Shown here piece by piece: positions 63,323 through 64,000 of a stretch of 64,000 bases of DNA (the first letter of the stretch is position 1; the number at the start of each line of letters is the position of its first letter). The stretch comes from an uncultured Dehalococcoidaceae bacterium. Lineage in GTDB: Bacteria > Chloroflexota > Dehalococcoidia > Dehalococcoidales > RBG-16-60-22. The notes under the pieces are model-generated. The model was not told the origin of the DNA. It searched no databases and saw only the letters and a program-made list of their open reading frames with translations. The DNA is taken from positions 194,016 through 258,015 of the forward strand of contig CAZBMB010000003.1 in assembly GCA_964493435.1 (NCBI GenBank), written 5' to 3'. The position numbers and the translations under genes are program-made.

Positions 63323-64000
63323 TCAGGTGCTTTCACCGTAGAAAGCGACGCCGAGTAGTCCGGGTCCGGTATGGACCCCCATTACCGGAGTGAATTCAGT
63401 GATAAAGAGCTCGGAACAATTGAACTGTGAGGCAATGCGATTTTTCAGAATGTTGGCGTTGTCCAGAGCATCGGCATGCATCACGGCAATGTGGAGTGGC
63501 TCTCCTTTCACTACATTTCGTTCCATCAGCTTCAGGATGCGCTTCATAGCGCTGGGGATAGTGCGCGGCAGTGCCACCGTGCGGGCATCAGCGTGATTGA
63601 GAGTAAACACCGGTTTAATCTGCAGAATGGTGTTGACCAGTGCCGCTGCCTGTGGTACCCGCCCGCTTTTCACCAGGTAATGCAGCGTATCCAGTGCGGC
63701 GAAAAGGTTGATGCGCTCCATGACACGCTCGGCTGCTGCCTTTACTTCTCCAAGGCTCTGCTCGGTAGCGGCTGCCTTGGCAGCAGCCAGCGTTACCAGT
63801 CCCTGCCCGGCGGCCGCTGTGGTGCAGTCGAGCACTTCCACGTTCACGTCGGGCGACATTTTTCCCAGCATCTCTTTGGCTACCGACGCTGAGTTGTACA
63901 TGGCGCTGAATTTAGACGGCTCGGTGACGCAAAAAATACTGGACGCTCTCTTGATAGCTTTCTGAAATGCCTCAAAGTAAAGTTCCGGCGATGAGCTGGC
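63323..64000 (-). CDS. DegV-family protein (N-terminus beyond window edge)
   Basis: The frame stays open from 63901 up to base 64000 (…ASSSPELYFEAFQKAIKRASSIFCVTEPSKFSAMYNSA…). DegV pattern. Confidence 0.8.
   Translation of the reverse strand, partial: ASSSPELYFEAFQKAIKRASSIFCVTEPSKFSAMYNSASVAKEMLGKMSPDVNVEVLDCTTAAAGQGLVTLAAAKAAATEQSLGEVKAAAERVMERINLFAALDTLHYLVKSGRVPQAAALVNTILQIKPVFTLNHADARTVALPRTIPSAMKRILKLMERNVVKGEPLHIAVMHADALDNANILKNRIASQFNCSELFITEFTPVMGVHTGPGLLGVAFYGEST

Overview
This 64-kb window looks like chromosomal DNA from a moderately high-GC, probably anaerobic bacterium. Strong GGAGG Shine-Dalgarno sites, a lipoprotein-anchored TRAP binding protein, and DegV/PlsX/FabL-type lipid genes are compatible with a Chloroflexota/Dehalococcoidia-like or other monoderm lineage, but I cannot verify taxonomy without a search. 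All calls come from reading the supplied translations and the DNA by eye; no database search was run.

Layout:
- (i) 0-8.3 kb: hydrolase, cupin, an Ldh_2-family dehydrogenase, a split UxaA-type dehydratase, and a 4-subunit 2-oxoacid:ferredoxin oxidoreductase.
- (ii) 8.4-11.6 kb: E1alpha/E1beta/E2 of a 2-oxoacid dehydrogenase complex. No E3 is in the window.
- (iii) 11.7-22 kb: a hydroxy-acid/sugar-acid island. It holds an enolase-superfamily dehydratase, an FAD oxidoreductase, a PTE-type hydrolase, two convergent LarA-like nickel-pincer racemase homologues, a second split UxaA pair, a D-2-hydroxyacid dehydrogenase and an NHL propeller.
- (iv) 22-23.7 kb: a RidA plus ThrC-like pair.
- (v) 23.8-29.7 kb: a fatty-acid/phospholipid operon (MaoC pair-plsX-acpP-fabL-fabF-fabG-degV).
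- (vi) 29.8-39.6 kb: VOC protein, cyclase, and a long minus-strand operon (GFO-ADH-SDR-SDR-IclR-TRAP DctPQM).
- (vii) about 39.6-54.4 kb: a compositionally different (mostly lower-GC) segment. A tRNA-like relic lies at its left edge and tRNA-Gln/tRNA-Glu genes at its right edge. It carries tauE-marR-ICMT, a PAS-GAF histidine kinase with two response regulators, and the most interesting locus in the window: a five-gene operon linking a catalytically substituted FdhA-like subunit, a NuoE-like subunit and a NuoF::GltD fusion to MetV-MetF. A small leaderless two-gene cassette follows it.
- (viii) 54.5-64 kb: rnc, a PflX-type radical SAM gene with no canonical start codon, acyP, a mobA-moeA-mobB operon, an MBL hydrolase, pepA, a P-loop kinase and a second degV.

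I saw no CRISPR array, IS element, integrase, phage genes or rRNA.
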